In this document: positions 32,464 through 43,671 of the stretch, in pieces
How the letters are laid out: each line of letters begins with the position of its first letter
Position numbering within the stretch: the stretch's first letter is position 1
Source of the DNA: Candidatus Thioglobus sp.
GTDB taxonomy: Bacteria; Pseudomonadota; Gammaproteobacteria; PS1; Pseudothioglobaceae
Reading direction: 5' to 3'
Length of the DNA: 64,000 nucleotides
NCBI GenBank assembly: GCA_028352435.1
Contig: JAOMMB010000002.1
Coordinates: 8,539-72,538, forward strand
Notes under the pieces: model-generated
The model's input: the letters and a program-made list of their open reading frames with translations, nothing else
The model's database searches: none
What the model was told of the DNA's origin: nothing
Program-made: the position numbers and the translations under genes

Positions 32464-33857
32464 CGCATACTTCTCGGAGTGAAAAATGAAGTCTCGTATT
32501 CTAATGTAGATTTCTCATCTTTAACCACAAAAGTTACCTCGTAATCATCTCCCACATTATTTTCATAAGCAGATAGATAGACATAAATAGATTTAACATT
32601 ACCCGTTGGAATCATGACTGAATCTAGGTTCTCTTTTGACTTAAGGCCTTTAATTGAGCTCTTAAAACTAATAGCAACCTGCATGTCTTTATCAGTTTTG
32701 TTCATCACTTTAAGTTCGTACTTATTACGAATAGAGCCATCTGACAACTGTACAAATAATGGCTGCCTATCGTGTAGAACTTTTAAGTCCATCGAGGCCA
32801 ATGTACTCATGCCATAAGTTAGAATGGATAAAGCAGAAACTAAAATTAAGCTGTAGACAATCACTCTTGGTCTTTTATATAAAGGCTTTGGCTCTTGATT
32901 AAATTTCATCTCAGCTAAAGAGGTGTAGCGAATTAAACCTTTTGGTTTTCCTACTTTTTCCATCACCGCATCACAAGCATCAATACACAAACCACATGTG
33001 ATACACCCATATTCCTGGCCTTTACGAATATCAACGCCTGTTGGACAAACAGCGACACACTGATGACAATCAATACAATCACCATTATCATCAACAAAAT
33101 TTCCTTTATTAAGCTTGCCACGACTCTCACCACGATAGTGATCATAAGTTGGCATAATACTTTGGTTGTCTACCATAGCACCCTGGATTCGAGCATATGG
33201 ACAAACCCATAGACATGTTTGCTCGCGCATAAAGCCTGCAAAAATATAAGCACCTAAAGTAATAACTACCGTAATAGTAAAAGTAGTTGTACTGAGGTTT
33301 GCATTGAAATAATCTGCCCAACTAACGCCAAAATATAGCATCCAAGTCACGCCTGAAAATAGAGCAATCGACATCCAGATTGAATGTTTAATTATTTTAA
33401 CCTTAAGCTTGTAAAAACTCATTGGTGCTTTATCTAGTTTACGTCGCTTAAGTGGTGCTCCTTCTACTTTAGTTTCTACCCAACTGAAAATATCGGTCCA
33501 AACTGTTTGAAAGCAGAAATAGCCACAAAAAACGCGACCTAATACAGTGGTCATGGCGGCCAGTAAAATAGCTAAAAATAGCAGCACCATAGTGAGCATC
33601 CAAATATCTTGTGGAAAGATAGTAATATCAAATAGATGATATTGCCTATGTTCCGTGTCAAACAAGATAGCTTGCTTATCATTCCAAGTTATATACGGGC
33701 CTATAAAGAAAGGCGCCCAAACTATCATAGCTAGCCACTTAAGGTTGCGAAATTTTCCACCCATTCGTTTTGCGTGAATTGTCTCATCACCTAGATTCTG
33801 AACCCAGTGATCACCTTCCTCATACAAATTTTCAAGTTGAATCTTATTATCGCTCAT
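32460..33857 (-). CDS. ccoG: cbb3 oxidase accessory 4Fe-4S membrane protein
   Basis: GRVFCGYFC, CPYARIQ, CIDCHQCVAVCP, CITCGLCIDAC. Confidence 0.94.
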   Translation of the reverse strand: MSDNKIQLENLYEEGDHWVQNLGDETIHAKRMGGKFRNLKWLAMIVWAPFFIGPYITWNDKQAILFDTEHRQYHLFDITIFPQDIWMLTMVLLFLAILLAAMTTVLGRVFCGYFCFQTVWTDIFSWVETKVEGAPLKRRKLDKAPMSFYKLKVKIIKHSIWMSIALFSGVTWMLYFGVSWADYFNANLSTTTFTITVVITLGAYIFAGFMREQTCLWVCPYARIQGAMVDNQSIMPTYDHYRGESRGKLNKGNFVDDNGDCIDCHQCVAVCPTGVDIRKGQEYGCITCGLCIDACDAVMEKVGKPKGLIRYTSLAEMKFNQEPKPLYKRPRVIVYSLILVSALSILTYGMSTLASMDLKVLHDRQPLFVQLSDGSIRNKYELKVMNKTDKDMQVAISFKSSIKGLKSKENLDSVMIPTGNVKSIYVYLSAYENNVGDDYEVTFVVKDEKSTLEYETSFFTPRSMR

Positions 33858-34009
33858 GGCTATTTTATCGATGTTAAAAAGAACTGCAACATAATAACAT
33901 TATTCAGTTTTATTTTCTTGATTTCAATCAACTAAAACTCATAAAAATGCCAGTAACTATTAAAATAACGCATCTGATATAATGTTCAATTTTTACGACC
34001 GAACATACT

Positions 34010-34825
34010 ATGAAAGAGATTATTGAAGCTGCTTTTGAAGATAGAGCAAACATCAACCCACAAAATGTCACGCCAGAAGTAAAAAAAGCTGTTAATGAAG
34101 CGATTCTCATGCTTGATTCAGGTGAAGCGCGTGTTGCGCAGCAACAAGGCGTGGGTGACTGGATCGTCAATGAATGGCTTAAAAAAGCGGTCTTGCTTTC
34201 TTTCAGAATTGAAGACAATACCCCTATGCAAGGTGGCTTTACCCAATACTACGACAAGGTGCCTTCTAAATTTGCCAACTTAACGGCGCAGGAATTCAAA
34301 GCAACAGGCGTACGCGTTGTTCCGCCTGCAAGTGCACGTCGTGGCTCATATATTGCGAAAGATACGGTTCTTATGCCTTCATACGTGAATATTGGTGCAT
34401 ACGTCGACTCTGGCACAATGGTTGACACCTGGGCAACTGTAGGCTCATGTGCACAAATTGGTAAAAATGTTCACTTATCTGGTGGTGTTGGTATTGGTGG
34501 TGTATTAGAGCCATTACAAGCTAGTCCAACCATTATTGAAGATAATTGTTTTATCGGTGCTCGATCAGAAGTTGTTGAAGGTGTCATTGTTGAAGAAGGT
34601 GCGGTTATCTCAATGGGCGTTTACATTGGACAATCAACTAAAATTTTCAATCGTGAAACAGGTGAAATTACTTATGGTCGAATTCCTGCAGGTTCGGTTG
34701 TTGTTTCTGGAAACTTACCTTCTAAAGATGGCAGCTACTCTCTTTACTGCGCGGTAATCGTTAAACAAGTCGATGCCAAAACTCGTTCTAAAACGAGTAT
34801 TAATGAATTACTTAGAGGTATTTAG
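34010..34825 (+). CDS. dapD: Tetrahydrodipicolinate N-succinyltransferase
   Basis: [44 protein letters not shown]. Confidence 0.97.
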   Translation: MKEIIEAAFEDRANINPQNVTPEVKKAVNEAILMLDSGEARVAQQQGVGDWIVNEWLKKAVLLSFRIEDNTPMQGGFTQYYDKVPSKFANLTAQEFKATGVRVVPPASARRGSYIAKDTVLMPSYVNIGAYVDSGTMVDTWATVGSCAQIGKNVHLSGGVGIGGVLEPLQASPTIIEDNCFIGARSEVVEGVIVEEGAVISMGVYIGQSTKIFNRETGEITYGRIPAGSVVVSGNLPSKDGSYSLYCAVIVKQVDAKTRSKTSINELLRGI

Positions 34826-34839
34826 CTTTCTTCTAAAGC

Positions 34840-34871
34840 AAAAAAACCCGCCGTAAGGCGGGTTTTTTTTT
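34840..34871. terminator. Bidirectional intrinsic terminator
   Basis: AAAAAAACCCGCC-GTAA-GGCGGGTTTTTTT. Confidence 0.9.
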
Positions 34872-34888
34872 GGTACTTTTATGTGTTA

Positions 34889-35119
34889 CTAGTTACGTGT
34901 AAATAATGAATAGATGACAGCAACTGCTGCTAGACCCACTAAACCATGAGAACCAAGGCTAGCAACAATACCAGTAATCGTGCCGATAACATCGCCACCG
35001 ATAAATGGTATTCCTGCAGCGCTAGTTCCAAAAATTACTTGAACCACAACAGCTAGAGCAATCAAAGCTATACCAGCTTCAGTTAATTTTTTAATTGTAC
35101 TTATAATAGTATCAAACAT
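34889..35119 (-). CDS. 76-aa hydrophobic small membrane protein of unknown function
   Basis: GAGGGG SD, own promoter and terminator, two long hydrophobic segments. Confidence 0.8.
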   Translation of the reverse strand: MFDTIISTIKKLTEAGIALIALAVVVQVIFGTSAAGIPFIGGDVIGTITGIVASLGSHGLVGLAAVAVIYSLFTRN

Positions 35120-35172
35120 ATTTTCCCCTCATTAGTTTTATTAGTAACTCAACTTCGTTATCGAGTTGTAAG

Positions 35173-35202
35173 CAATTTAGAGTGTTTTTTGATTACTGTC
35201 AA
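35173..35202 (-). promoter_or_regulatory. Sigma70 promoter of the 76-aa gene
   Basis: TTGACA-18 nt-TAAATT on the minus strand. Confidence 0.55.
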
Positions 35203-35285
35203 GTTTTATTGATGAAAAAATGCAAAAAAGTAGTATTTAAATGACTATATTTTGAAAAAATGAGATATTTTTAGCTCTATGGCCC

Positions 35286-36128
35286 TTACTGAGTAACAGA
35301 TAGCATTATTCCAATAAAAATTACCATTCCAATATAGTTATTATGCAAAAAAGCTTGAATACAGGCTGATTTTTCTCGATTTTTGATCAAAATTTGATGA
35401 TAAAGCATTAATAATGCACTCAAAAATACAGAAATATCATAATAAACACCTATTTCGAAAATTTTTGAAATTTTTAATAGGACGACAATCAACCCAATTT
35501 GAAGTCCAGCAAGAATTATTCGATCATACTGTGCAAATAAAATTGCAGTGGACTTAACCCCGATTTTTAAATCCTCATCTCGGTCTGACATGGCATACAT
35601 CGTGTCATAAATAACAGTCCAAACAAGTGTTGCAGAAAAAATCCACCATGCACTAACAGGCACCTCACCATTGGTTGCTGAAAAAGCCATAGGTACACTC
35701 ATGGCAAAACTAGCACCTAAAACAAACTGAGGTAGATGGGTCCAACGCTTGGTAAATGGATACAAAGTGGCTAAAAAAGCAGCAATGAAGGCCAGTTTAA
35801 TAGTCAATGGATTGGTTAATAAAACCAGCCCAAAAGCGATCATGATTAAACCAAAAAATAACAGTAATGCTCTTGATGGTGAGATTTCACCAGAAGTGAT
35901 AGGCCTATGTTTAGTACGTTGGACCAAATGATCAATCTTGCGATCTGCATAATCATTAATCACACAACCAGCTGAACGCATCAATACAACGCCTGCAACA
36001 AAAATACTAATCAACTCAATCGATGGCCAGCCACCTGCTGCTAAAAATAATGCCCATAAAGTTGGCCATAAAAGCAGATAAATACCCACTGGCTTATCCA
36101 AACGCATTAGGCGAAAGTAAGGATTCAT
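35286..36128 (-). CDS. ubiA: 4-hydroxybenzoate polyprenyltransferase
   Basis: RLDKPVG..LLLWP, GCVINDYADR, YDTMYAM-x-DRDED. Confidence 0.95.
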   Translation of the reverse strand: MNPYFRLMRLDKPVGIYLLLWPTLWALFLAAGGWPSIELISIFVAGVVLMRSAGCVINDYADRKIDHLVQRTKHRPITSGEISPSRALLLFFGLIMIAFGLVLLTNPLTIKLAFIAAFLATLYPFTKRWTHLPQFVLGASFAMSVPMAFSATNGEVPVSAWWIFSATLVWTVIYDTMYAMSDRDEDLKIGVKSTAILFAQYDRIILAGLQIGLIVVLLKISKIFEIGVYYDISVFLSALLMLYHQILIKNREKSACIQAFLHNNYIGMVIFIGIMLSVTQ

Positions 36129-37036
36129 AGTTTAGCTAGAAACTCTTCTAACTCTTTTGATAAAGGCGCTTGAACTTTTTGAATATCACCCGTTAATGGG
36201 TTGGTAAAAGTAAGTTGATGTGCATGCAAAAATAAACGCTTAAGCCCGCGAAACTTTACTTGTCGGTCAAATTCTTTATCACCATACTTGTCATCACAAG
36301 CAATGGCGTGTTCGGCATATTTAGCGTGCGCACGTATTTGATGAGTACGCCCCGTTTCAATAGTGACTTCCACTAAAGAGGCAGAAAAATCATCCTTGGT
36401 AAAGTTTTTAAGCGGCTGAAAATGACTAACTGAATGCTTACCTTTGCTATCCACAACTGCATATCTCGAGTTTTGGTGAAGCGGTGCATCAATGGTGTGG
36501 CGTTTTTTTGACCAAACACCTTTAACCAAAGCAGTGTATCGCTTTTCCATCTCATGCTCGAACAGTTGCTCATGTAAATTTTTAAGCACACTACGTTTTT
36601 TAGCAATTAATAATACACCTGAAGTGGCACGATCTAGACGATGAACTAATTCAATAGGATCTTTGTATACCGATCTTAGTGCCTCAATCACGCCCGTGTC
36701 GACACCACTGCCACTATGAACAGCAACGCCACTTGGTTTATTGATAATTAATAAACCCTTGTCTTCATAAATAATTGAATCTAGCAGTATCTTTTTAAGG
36801 CTATCAGAAACATATGTCGTTTTCTTTTCATTGACGCTAACGGGTGGCACACGAACAATATCATTTATCTCAAGCTTATAATCTGCTTTTTTCCTACCCT
36901 TGTTAACTCGCACTTCTCCCTTACGAATAACACGATAAATATGCGATTTAGGGACACCTTTAAGGATCTTAACTAAAAAATTATCTAAGCGTTGGCCTTG
37001 TGAAAATTCATCAATTGTTTGATAAGTAACAGCCAT
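36125..37036 (-). CDS. rluC: 23S rRNA pseudouridine synthase C
   Basis: GQRLDNFL..KGVPKS S4 domain, HRLDRATSG, TGRTHQIR. Confidence 0.92.
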   Translation of the reverse strand: MAVTYQTIDEFSQGQRLDNFLVKILKGVPKSHIYRVIRKGEVRVNKGRKKADYKLEINDIVRVPPVSVNEKKTTYVSDSLKKILLDSIIYEDKGLLIINKPSGVAVHSGSGVDTGVIEALRSVYKDPIELVHRLDRATSGVLLIAKKRSVLKNLHEQLFEHEMEKRYTALVKGVWSKKRHTIDAPLHQNSRYAVVDSKGKHSVSHFQPLKNFTKDDFSASLVEVTIETGRTHQIRAHAKYAEHAIACDDKYGDKEFDRQVKFRGLKRLFLHAHQLTFTNPLTGDIQKVQAPLSKELEEFLAKL

Positions 37037-37809
37037 TATTTTGAGAAAAACAAACGGTTAAAGTTTTCAGTTGTTGTGCTAGCAATTTCTTCAATGCTCA
37101 CCCCTCTAATTTCAGCTAACTTTTGCGCGACATAATAAGTATATGCAGGGGAATTTGGTCTTCCTCTATTAGGTACCGGCGTTAAATAAGGTGCATCCGT
37201 TTCTACTAGTAGACGATCAGCGGGCACTTTTTGAGCCACTTCACGCAACGCCTGGGCACTCTTAAAAGTGATAATTCCAGAAAATGAAATATAAAAACCT
37301 AAGTCTAATGCTGCTTTAGCGGTTTCCCAATCCTCAGAAAAACAATGCATAACGCCAGCATTCGCTTTCTCTTCAGTCATAATTTTAATAGTGTCTTGCT
37401 TGGCTTCACGCGTGTGAATAATCATTGGCTTAGCTGATTGATTTGACGCAGCAATATGGCGCCTAAAACGGTCTCGCTGCCAATCAGCTGTCTCTTTTTT
37501 GACATGGAAATAGTCAAGTCCTGTTTCGCCAATGGCGATAATATTATCGTCATCTGCAAGTGCTAATAGTTCATCAACAGTTGGATCCTTGCCTTCTTGT
37601 TCAGTAGGATGCACACCCACAGAAGCGTAGATTTGTGCATGATTTTTGGCTAATGAAAATACCTCATCAAAATGTTCTAAATCAATACAAACACAAAGAA
37701 ACTCCTTAACAGAAAGCTCCTTTGCTTGTGCAAGCATGCTGTCGATACTGCCACCAAATTGATCTAAATCAACACGGTCTATATGACAATGTGAATCAAT
37801 AATATGCAT
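37036..37809 (-). CDS. TatD-family nuclease (YcfH-like)
   Basis: DSHCH, GETGLDY, IHTR, HCF, ETDAPYL. Confidence 0.93.
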   Translation of the reverse strand: MHIIDSHCHIDRVDLDQFGGSIDSMLAQAKELSVKEFLCVCIDLEHFDEVFSLAKNHAQIYASVGVHPTEQEGKDPTVDELLALADDDNIIAIGETGLDYFHVKKETADWQRDRFRRHIAASNQSAKPMIIHTREAKQDTIKIMTEEKANAGVMHCFSEDWETAKAALDLGFYISFSGIITFKSAQALREVAQKVPADRLLVETDAPYLTPVPNRGRPNSPAYTYYVAQKLAEIRGVSIEEIASTTTENFNRLFFSK

Positions 37810-37810
37810 A

Positions 37811-38584
37811 TTATAAGCCTAGCTTTTTAAGCCAATTTTTGGCTTTACCATCTAAATCATTGGTTAGAGTATTGAGCTTTCCCTGAAGTTGACGGCGCGC
37901 ACTTTCTTTAATCTCTTGTTCGCTGAGTTTTAACCCTTTCTTCTCAACTTCAGCTTGAATACGGGTTAAGGCAACTTTCATAATCTCTGAACCAATCTTC
38001 GCTAATGGAATGCCGTTTTGTCCACCAAAGTTATTAATAATCACATTTGGCACAATAATAGTCTCTTTAAACCACTTAGTATCAACAAATAGCTGAGTAT
38101 TGACAAACTTAAGTTGATTAATTTTTACTCGATAAGACTCTTCATGATTCGACTCATGTGCTGAAGAGTGTTCAATCGATGGCTTTTGATTTGCAACTTT
38201 TGGCTGCCGATTTAACTGCTTTAATATTTCGACCAAATTTACCTGGCCATCATTTTGCTCCAATGTAAATAGTAATCCATCAAAATCAAGCTGTTCTAGT
38301 ACTACTAGCTCATCATGAGTTTGCTCGGATAAAGAGGCAGTCAGATGATTTAAAACAAAGGCATTTTTATTGGAAAAGTTGGCCGGATTTGCGACTTCAA
38401 TAAAATCAATATTGACCTGAGCCTGGCCCCAATCACTCCTAAATTCAGCGACGCTAACAGGGGTGCCGAGTGATTTTTGTGCATAAGTTTCGGCAATATT
38501 TTTGGCAATTGTGTCAAACAAGGTGACAACAGTGATAAGACTAATAAGTATAAATATTAGCAAATAATAAAAGATTTTTTTCAT
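37811..38584 (-). CDS. Hypothetical AsmA-like membrane-anchored protein
   Basis: N-terminal TM, LGTPVSV, V-x-NP-x-x-F pattern seen in AsmA-like N-termini. Confidence 0.55.
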   Translation of the reverse strand: MKKIFYYLLIFILISLITVVTLFDTIAKNIAETYAQKSLGTPVSVAEFRSDWGQAQVNIDFIEVANPANFSNKNAFVLNHLTASLSEQTHDELVVLEQLDFDGLLFTLEQNDGQVNLVEILKQLNRQPKVANQKPSIEHSSAHESNHEESYRVKINQLKFVNTQLFVDTKWFKETIIVPNVIINNFGGQNGIPLAKIGSEIMKVALTRIQAEVEKKGLKLSEQEIKESARRQLQGKLNTLTNDLDGKAKNWLKKLGL

Positions 38585-38586
38585 AT

Positions 38587-39198
38587 TTAACTGGGTTTGA
38601 TTTCTAAAAAATAACGTTGGTCTGATACATAAGGCACACTTACTTGATGCGCTTGAACTGTAAAGTTTTTGAGCGCTTCATTCTCAAAGTGGTTTCCTTT
38701 CATCAGTAAATAATGACCATTATCACACAATAAATGTTGAGTAAGACTTAAGGTTTTATCAACCTCTGCAAATGCTCTGGAAATAATCTGGCCAAAACAT
38801 TGCTCAGCAATGTAATTCTCAACTCGCTGATGTACAACGGTTAGGTTTTTTAGTCCTAGATTTGTTTTAGCAAACTGCATAAAACGGCATTTTTTACCGA
38901 CTGTATCTAGCACTGTAACACTTAACTCTGGCCTCATAATACTAATCACAATCCCTGGTAAGCCGGCCCCAGAACCTACATCTAGTAGCGGCTCTTTTGT
39001 AATATAGGGCATCACAGAAAGACTGTCTAACAAATGTTTTTTAACTCCTTCATCTAGAAGGCGAATAGCACTTAAATTAACTGTTTTATTCCATTTGATA
39101 ATAAGCTCTAAATACTGCATTAACTTTGACACTTGCACTTCATCAAGATCAATGCTCATTTTTTTTGCACCCGCTATCAATAACGCTTTATCCGTCAT
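38587..39198 (-). CDS. rsmG: 16S rRNA m7G527 methyltransferase
   Basis: [29 protein letters not shown]; follows mnmG. Confidence 0.95.
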   Translation of the reverse strand: MTDKALLIAGAKKMSIDLDEVQVSKLMQYLELIIKWNKTVNLSAIRLLDEGVKKHLLDSLSVMPYITKEPLLDVGSGAGLPGIVISIMRPELSVTVLDTVGKKCRFMQFAKTNLGLKNLTVVHQRVENYIAEQCFGQIISRAFAEVDKTLSLTQHLLCDNGHYLLMKGNHFENEALKNFTVQAHQVSVPYVSDQRYFLEIKPS

Positions 39199-41063
39199 GA
39201 TTTTTTATAAGTTTTAAGATAAATCAATAAAATAGAAATAGAGGCAGGCGTAACACCTTGTATTCGACTTGCTTGTCCAATAGTTTCAGGCTGATGCTGG
39301 GTTAGCTTTTGACGCACTTCAGCGGATAAGGCTTGAATAGTATGATAATCCATGTTAGCTGGTAGTGCAGTATTTTCATTTTTACGGTATTTTTCAATCT
39401 CTTCCATCTGACGTTTAATGTAGCCTGCATACTTGATGTTGTTTTCAACCACGCTAATGAGTTTTTCGTCGTCCAAATAAGGCCTTCCAGAATCAATCTG
39501 TCTTAGAATTTTGTAATCAATTGTAGGGCGCTTAAGTAGTTCTGATAAAGAATACTCATGGCTAAGCTTTTGTCCTAGCACTTCACTTGCCTGGACATCG
39601 CTCGCTTGAACCCAAGTAGTTTCTAGACGCTGTTTTTCTTGATTAATCGCTGAATATTTTTGCTCAAAGATTCGGTATCTATCCTCGCTAATTAATCCCA
39701 ATTTTCTAGCTATAGGCGTTAGGCGCTCGTCTGCATTATCTTCACGCAAAAGCAATCGATACTCCGCTCTAGAGGTAAACATACGGTACGGCTCATTGGT
39801 ACCTTTGGTAATCAAATCATCCACCATAACACCTATATAGCTCTCATCACGCTTGGGTATCCATGCCTGTTTACCCTGGACCGCGCACGCTGCATTAATA
39901 CCTGCTAGCATGCCTTGGGCTGCCGCTTCTTCATAGCCTGTTGTGCCATTAATTTGGCCAGCAAAATACAAATTCTTAATGCGTTTAACTTCCAATGTTT
40001 GCTTCAAACCGCGCGGATCAAAAAAGTCATACTCAATCGCATAGCCTGGGCGTACAATTTGTGCATTTTCAAAGCCTTTAATTGAATGAATGAAGTCTAC
40101 TTGAACCTCATATGGCAACGAGGTCGAAATACCATTTGGATATACTTCATTGGTAGTGAGGCCTTCTGGTTCAACAAAAATTTGATGAGAATTACGCTCT
40201 GCAAAACGAACAACCTTATCTTCAATTGATGGACAATATCGTGGACCAATGCCTTCAATGTTGCCTGTATACATAGGAGAATCTTTTAAACCAGCACGAA
40301 TAAAATCATGTGCCTTTTCATTTGTATGGGTGATAAAACATGAGATCTGATCTGGATGATCAGAATGTTTGCCCATAAAAGAGAAGCTAGGTATTGGTTG
40401 ATCGCCTTTTTGCTCCTCCATGAGAGAAAAATCTAACGTTCTCCCATCTAATCTTGGTGGGGTACCAGTTTTTAAACGGCCAACACCCAGATCATATTCA
40501 CGTAATTTTCTAGATAGCGGATTAGAGGGCGCATCACCTGCACGACCCCCTTGAAAATTCTTTTGGCCAATGTGAATAATGCCGCCCAAAAAAGTACCTG
40601 AAGTCAAAATTACCTTATCAGCACTAAAGGATAGTCCCATTTGTGTTACCACACCAGTGACGACATCATTTTTAATCACTAAGTCATCAACTGCTTGCTG
40701 GAATAAAGACAGATTCTCTTGATTTTCTAAAGCATATCGAATAGCTGCCTTATACAAAACCCTATCAGCTTGAGCGCGTGTCGCTCGAACAGCAGGACCT
40801 TTAGATGCGTTCAGAGTTCGAAATTGAATACCAGATATATCAATAGCTCGTGCCATGGCCCCACCCATTGCATCAATCTCTTTAACTAAATGCCCTTTTC
40901 CAATTCCGCCAATAGCAGGATTGCAGCTCATTTGCCCTAAGGTTTCAATGTTATGAGAAATGAGTAGCGTATCAACTCCCATACGAGCAGAAGCGAGCGC
41001 TGCCTCTGTTCCTGCATGACCGCCACCAATAACAATGACCGAATAATGTGGTTTTTGACTCAT
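39195..41063 (-). CDS. mnmG: tRNA uridine 5-carboxymethylaminomethyl modification enzyme
   Basis: [38 protein letters not shown]. Confidence 0.98.
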   Translation of the reverse strand: MSQKPHYSVIVIGGGHAGTEAALASARMGVDTLLISHNIETLGQMSCNPAIGGIGKGHLVKEIDAMGGAMARAIDISGIQFRTLNASKGPAVRATRAQADRVLYKAAIRYALENQENLSLFQQAVDDLVIKNDVVTGVVTQMGLSFSADKVILTSGTFLGGIIHIGQKNFQGGRAGDAPSNPLSRKLREYDLGVGRLKTGTPPRLDGRTLDFSLMEEQKGDQPIPSFSFMGKHSDHPDQISCFITHTNEKAHDFIRAGLKDSPMYTGNIEGIGPRYCPSIEDKVVRFAERNSHQIFVEPEGLTTNEVYPNGISTSLPYEVQVDFIHSIKGFENAQIVRPGYAIEYDFFDPRGLKQTLEVKRIKNLYFAGQINGTTGYEEAAAQGMLAGINAACAVQGKQAWIPKRDESYIGVMVDDLITKGTNEPYRMFTSRAEYRLLLREDNADERLTPIARKLGLISEDRYRIFEQKYSAINQEKQRLETTWVQASDVQASEVLGQKLSHEYSLSELLKRPTIDYKILRQIDSGRPYLDDEKLISVVENNIKYAGYIKRQMEEIEKYRKNENTALPANMDYHTIQALSAEVRQKLTQHQPETIGQASRIQGVTPASISILLIYLKTYKKS

Positions 41064-41080
41064 TTAGTTCCCTTAGTAAT

Positions 41081-41108
41081 AAAAAAGGCCCGTTATAAAC
41101 GAGCCCTT
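41081..41108 (-). terminator. Intrinsic terminator after fba
   Basis: GC-rich stem with minus-strand T-run. Confidence 0.65.
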
Positions 41109-41130
41109 CTGATACTTGATCTTTAGGCGC

Positions 41131-42192
41131 TTACTTAATGTTAGCGTCTAACTCACCTGATGCGTATCTTTGACTCATTGTATCTAATGAGGATACCTTG
41201 ATTTTATCAGCTTGACCGGCTGAACCGAACGCTTCAAAACGTGCAGCACAGATTTCAGACATTGCATTTGTTGAATCTTTTAAGAACTTACGCGGATCAA
41301 AGTTTGATGTATTTTCAATCAAATGCTTACGCACTGCACCCGTTGAGGCCATACGCAAATCTGTATCAATGTTTACTTTACGTACACCATTCTTAATACC
41401 TTCTTGAATTTCAGATACCGGTACACCGTAAGTTTGCCCCATATCACCACCATGCGAGTTAATGATTTCTAACCATTCTTGTGGCACTGAAGAAGAACCG
41501 TGCATCACTAAGTGTGTATTTGGTAAACGTGTGTGAATCTCTCTAATACGGTCAATACGTAAAATTTCACCATCCGGCTCTTTAGTAAATTTGTAAGCAC
41601 CATGTGAAGTGCCAATCGCAATTGCTAAGGCGTCAACATTAGTTGCTTTAACAAAATCAGCGGCTTCTTCAACAGAAGTTAACAGCATATCAAGATCTAA
41701 TTTACCTTCAGCACCGTGGCCATCTTCTTCGCCCATTTCACCTGTTTCAAGTGAGCCTAAACAACCTAATTCACCTTCAACAGAGACACCACCTGCGTGT
41801 GCCATTTTCACAACTTCAGCAGTTACTGCAACGTTGTACTCAAATGAAGCTGGTGTTTTACAGTCTGCCTCTAAAGAGCCATCCATCATTACTGATGAGA
41901 AACCTGACTGGATCGAACGCAAACATACTGCCGGCTCTGAACCATGATCTTGGTGCATTACTACTGGGATATGTGGGTACATCTCAGTTGCTGCAATAAT
42001 TAAGTGACGTAAGAACGGCTCGCCAGCATAACCACGCGCACCTGCAGAACCCTGCATAATAACGGGTGAATTAGTCTTGTCAGCAGCTTGCATGATTGCA
42101 TGAACCTGCTCCATATTATTAACGTTAAATGCAGGCATTCCATAACCATTTTCTGCTGCGTGATCTAATAACTCTCTTAATGAAATTAACAT
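41131..42192 (-). CDS. fba: Class II fructose-bisphosphate aldolase (Calvin-cycle subtype)
   Basis: [31 protein letters not shown]. Confidence 0.96.
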   Translation of the reverse strand: MLISLRELLDHAAENGYGMPAFNVNNMEQVHAIMQAADKTNSPVIMQGSAGARGYAGEPFLRHLIIAATEMYPHIPVVMHQDHGSEPAVCLRSIQSGFSSVMMDGSLEADCKTPASFEYNVAVTAEVVKMAHAGGVSVEGELGCLGSLETGEMGEEDGHGAEGKLDLDMLLTSVEEAADFVKATNVDALAIAIGTSHGAYKFTKEPDGEILRIDRIREIHTRLPNTHLVMHGSSSVPQEWLEIINSHGGDMGQTYGVPVSEIQEGIKNGVRKVNIDTDLRMASTGAVRKHLIENTSNFDPRKFLKDSTNAMSEICAARFEAFGSAGQADKIKVSSLDTMSQRYASGELDANIK

Positions 42193-42219
42193 ATTTTCTC
42201 CTTTACTTGATTACTTTTT

Positions 42220-43668
42220 TTAATAGTTAGAGTCACCAACACGAAGAATTTTCATCATGTTGGTTCCACCTGATTTATCTTTATACATACCTTTGGTCAA
42301 TACTACCAAATCTCCATCCTCAACAACACTTTTTTGAGTAAGTGTATCAATAACCTTCTGATTAACATCTGACCAGTCTGAGCAGGTAACTTTATCAATA
42401 CCACATGGATATACTCCACGGTACAGAGTAACTTTGCGTAATGTCTGGATATTGTCTGACATTGCGTAAATTGAAATACCAGAGCTAATTCTAGACATCC
42501 ACATTGCTGTCTTTCCTGTCTGAGTCAACGATGCTACAATCTTTGCCCCTAAATGATTAGCAGCGTACATAGCACTCATAGCAACGGTCTCATCAACATA
42601 TTCAAATGATTCATTCAATCTATGATGCGATTTTTTGGCAATTGGATTCTTTTCAGCTTCAAGGCAAACTTCTGCCATAGTACGTACTGAATTTTCAGGA
42701 AAATTTCCTGCTGCTGTTTCTGCTGAAAGCATTACCGCATCAGTACCATCAAGTACCGCATTAGCCACGTCAAATACTTCAGCACGTGTTGGAATTGGAC
42801 TCTCAATCATTGACTCAAGCATTTGCGTTGCAGTAATAACAATGCGATCATTTGCTCGTGCCAATTGAATAAGGCGTTTTTGCTGTGCCGGTAATTGAGC
42901 GTCACCAATTTCAACACCCAAGTCACCGCGAGCCACCATAATGCCGGCAGACTCATGGATAATATCTTGAATAGTGTCTTCTTCTAATGATTCGGCGCGT
43001 TCAATCTTTGAAATCACGCCGGCTTCACAATTAGCCTTAACTAATAATTCTTTGGTTTCACGAACATCATCACCACTAATTGGAAATGATAAAGCGACAT
43101 AATCAGCCTTTGCTTTCGCTGCAATAAAAATATCTTTTTTATCTTTTTCAGTTAATGCATTAGCTGACAGGCCTCCACCACGCAAGTTAATACCCTTCTT
43201 GTCAGATAAAACGCCACCTTGAATGACGGTAGTATTGATCTTACTGCCTTCAATATCACTAACTTCTAAAACGATTTTTCCATCATCTAAAATTAGGATG
43301 TTGCCCGGCTTAACTTCTTGAGGCAATGTTTTGTAGGCAATTCCAACAGATGCTTGATCGCCTGACAACTTATCCTTTTCAGCATCTAAAGCAAAACTAT
43401 CACCATTATTTAAAGTGATCTTAATACCATCTTTAAAAGAAGCAATTCGAATTTTTGGCCCTTGCAGGTCCATCAATACACCAACATAAGTATCGTTAGC
43501 CTCAGCCCAATTACGGACCGCCTTAACCCTGCCCAAGTGCTCTTCTTCAGAACCGTGAGAAAAATTAATACGCACAACATTAACACCTGCTTTTAGAATA
43601 CTCTCTAAAACACCAGGTCTATCTGTTGCTGGACCCAGGGTTGCTAATATTTTTGTTCTTCTAATCAA
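42220..43668 (-). CDS. pyk: Pyruvate kinase (TTG start)
   Basis: RRTKILATLGPA, NFSHG, DLQGPKIR, MVARGDLG, DGTDAVMLS. Confidence 0.97.
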   Translation of the reverse strand: MIRRTKILATLGPATDRPGVLESILKAGVNVVRINFSHGSEEEHLGRVKAVRNWAEANDTYVGVLMDLQGPKIRIASFKDGIKITLNNGDSFALDAEKDKLSGDQASVGIAYKTLPQEVKPGNILILDDGKIVLEVSDIEGSKINTTVIQGGVLSDKKGINLRGGGLSANALTEKDKKDIFIAAKAKADYVALSFPISGDDVRETKELLVKANCEAGVISKIERAESLEEDTIQDIIHESAGIMVARGDLGVEIGDAQLPAQQKRLIQLARANDRIVITATQMLESMIESPIPTRAEVFDVANAVLDGTDAVMLSAETAAGNFPENSVRTMAEVCLEAEKNPIAKKSHHRLNESFEYVDETVAMSAMYAANHLGAKIVASLTQTGKTAMWMSRISSGISIYAMSDNIQTLRKVTLYRGVYPCGIDKVTCSDWSDVNQKVIDTLTQKSVVEDGDLVVLTKGMYKDKSGGTNMMKILRVGDSNY

Positions 43669-43671
43669 GCG

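Noticed and set aside
33882-33909. AACTG..ATAAT-AAC-ATTAT..CAGTT dyad as dif or FNR site
   Set aside because: Lacks the XerD arm TTATGTTAAAT and the FNR TTGAT-N4-ATCAA consensus
41064-41130. oriC expected upstream of mnmG
   Set aside because: Only 67 nt containing the fba terminator; no DnaA boxes
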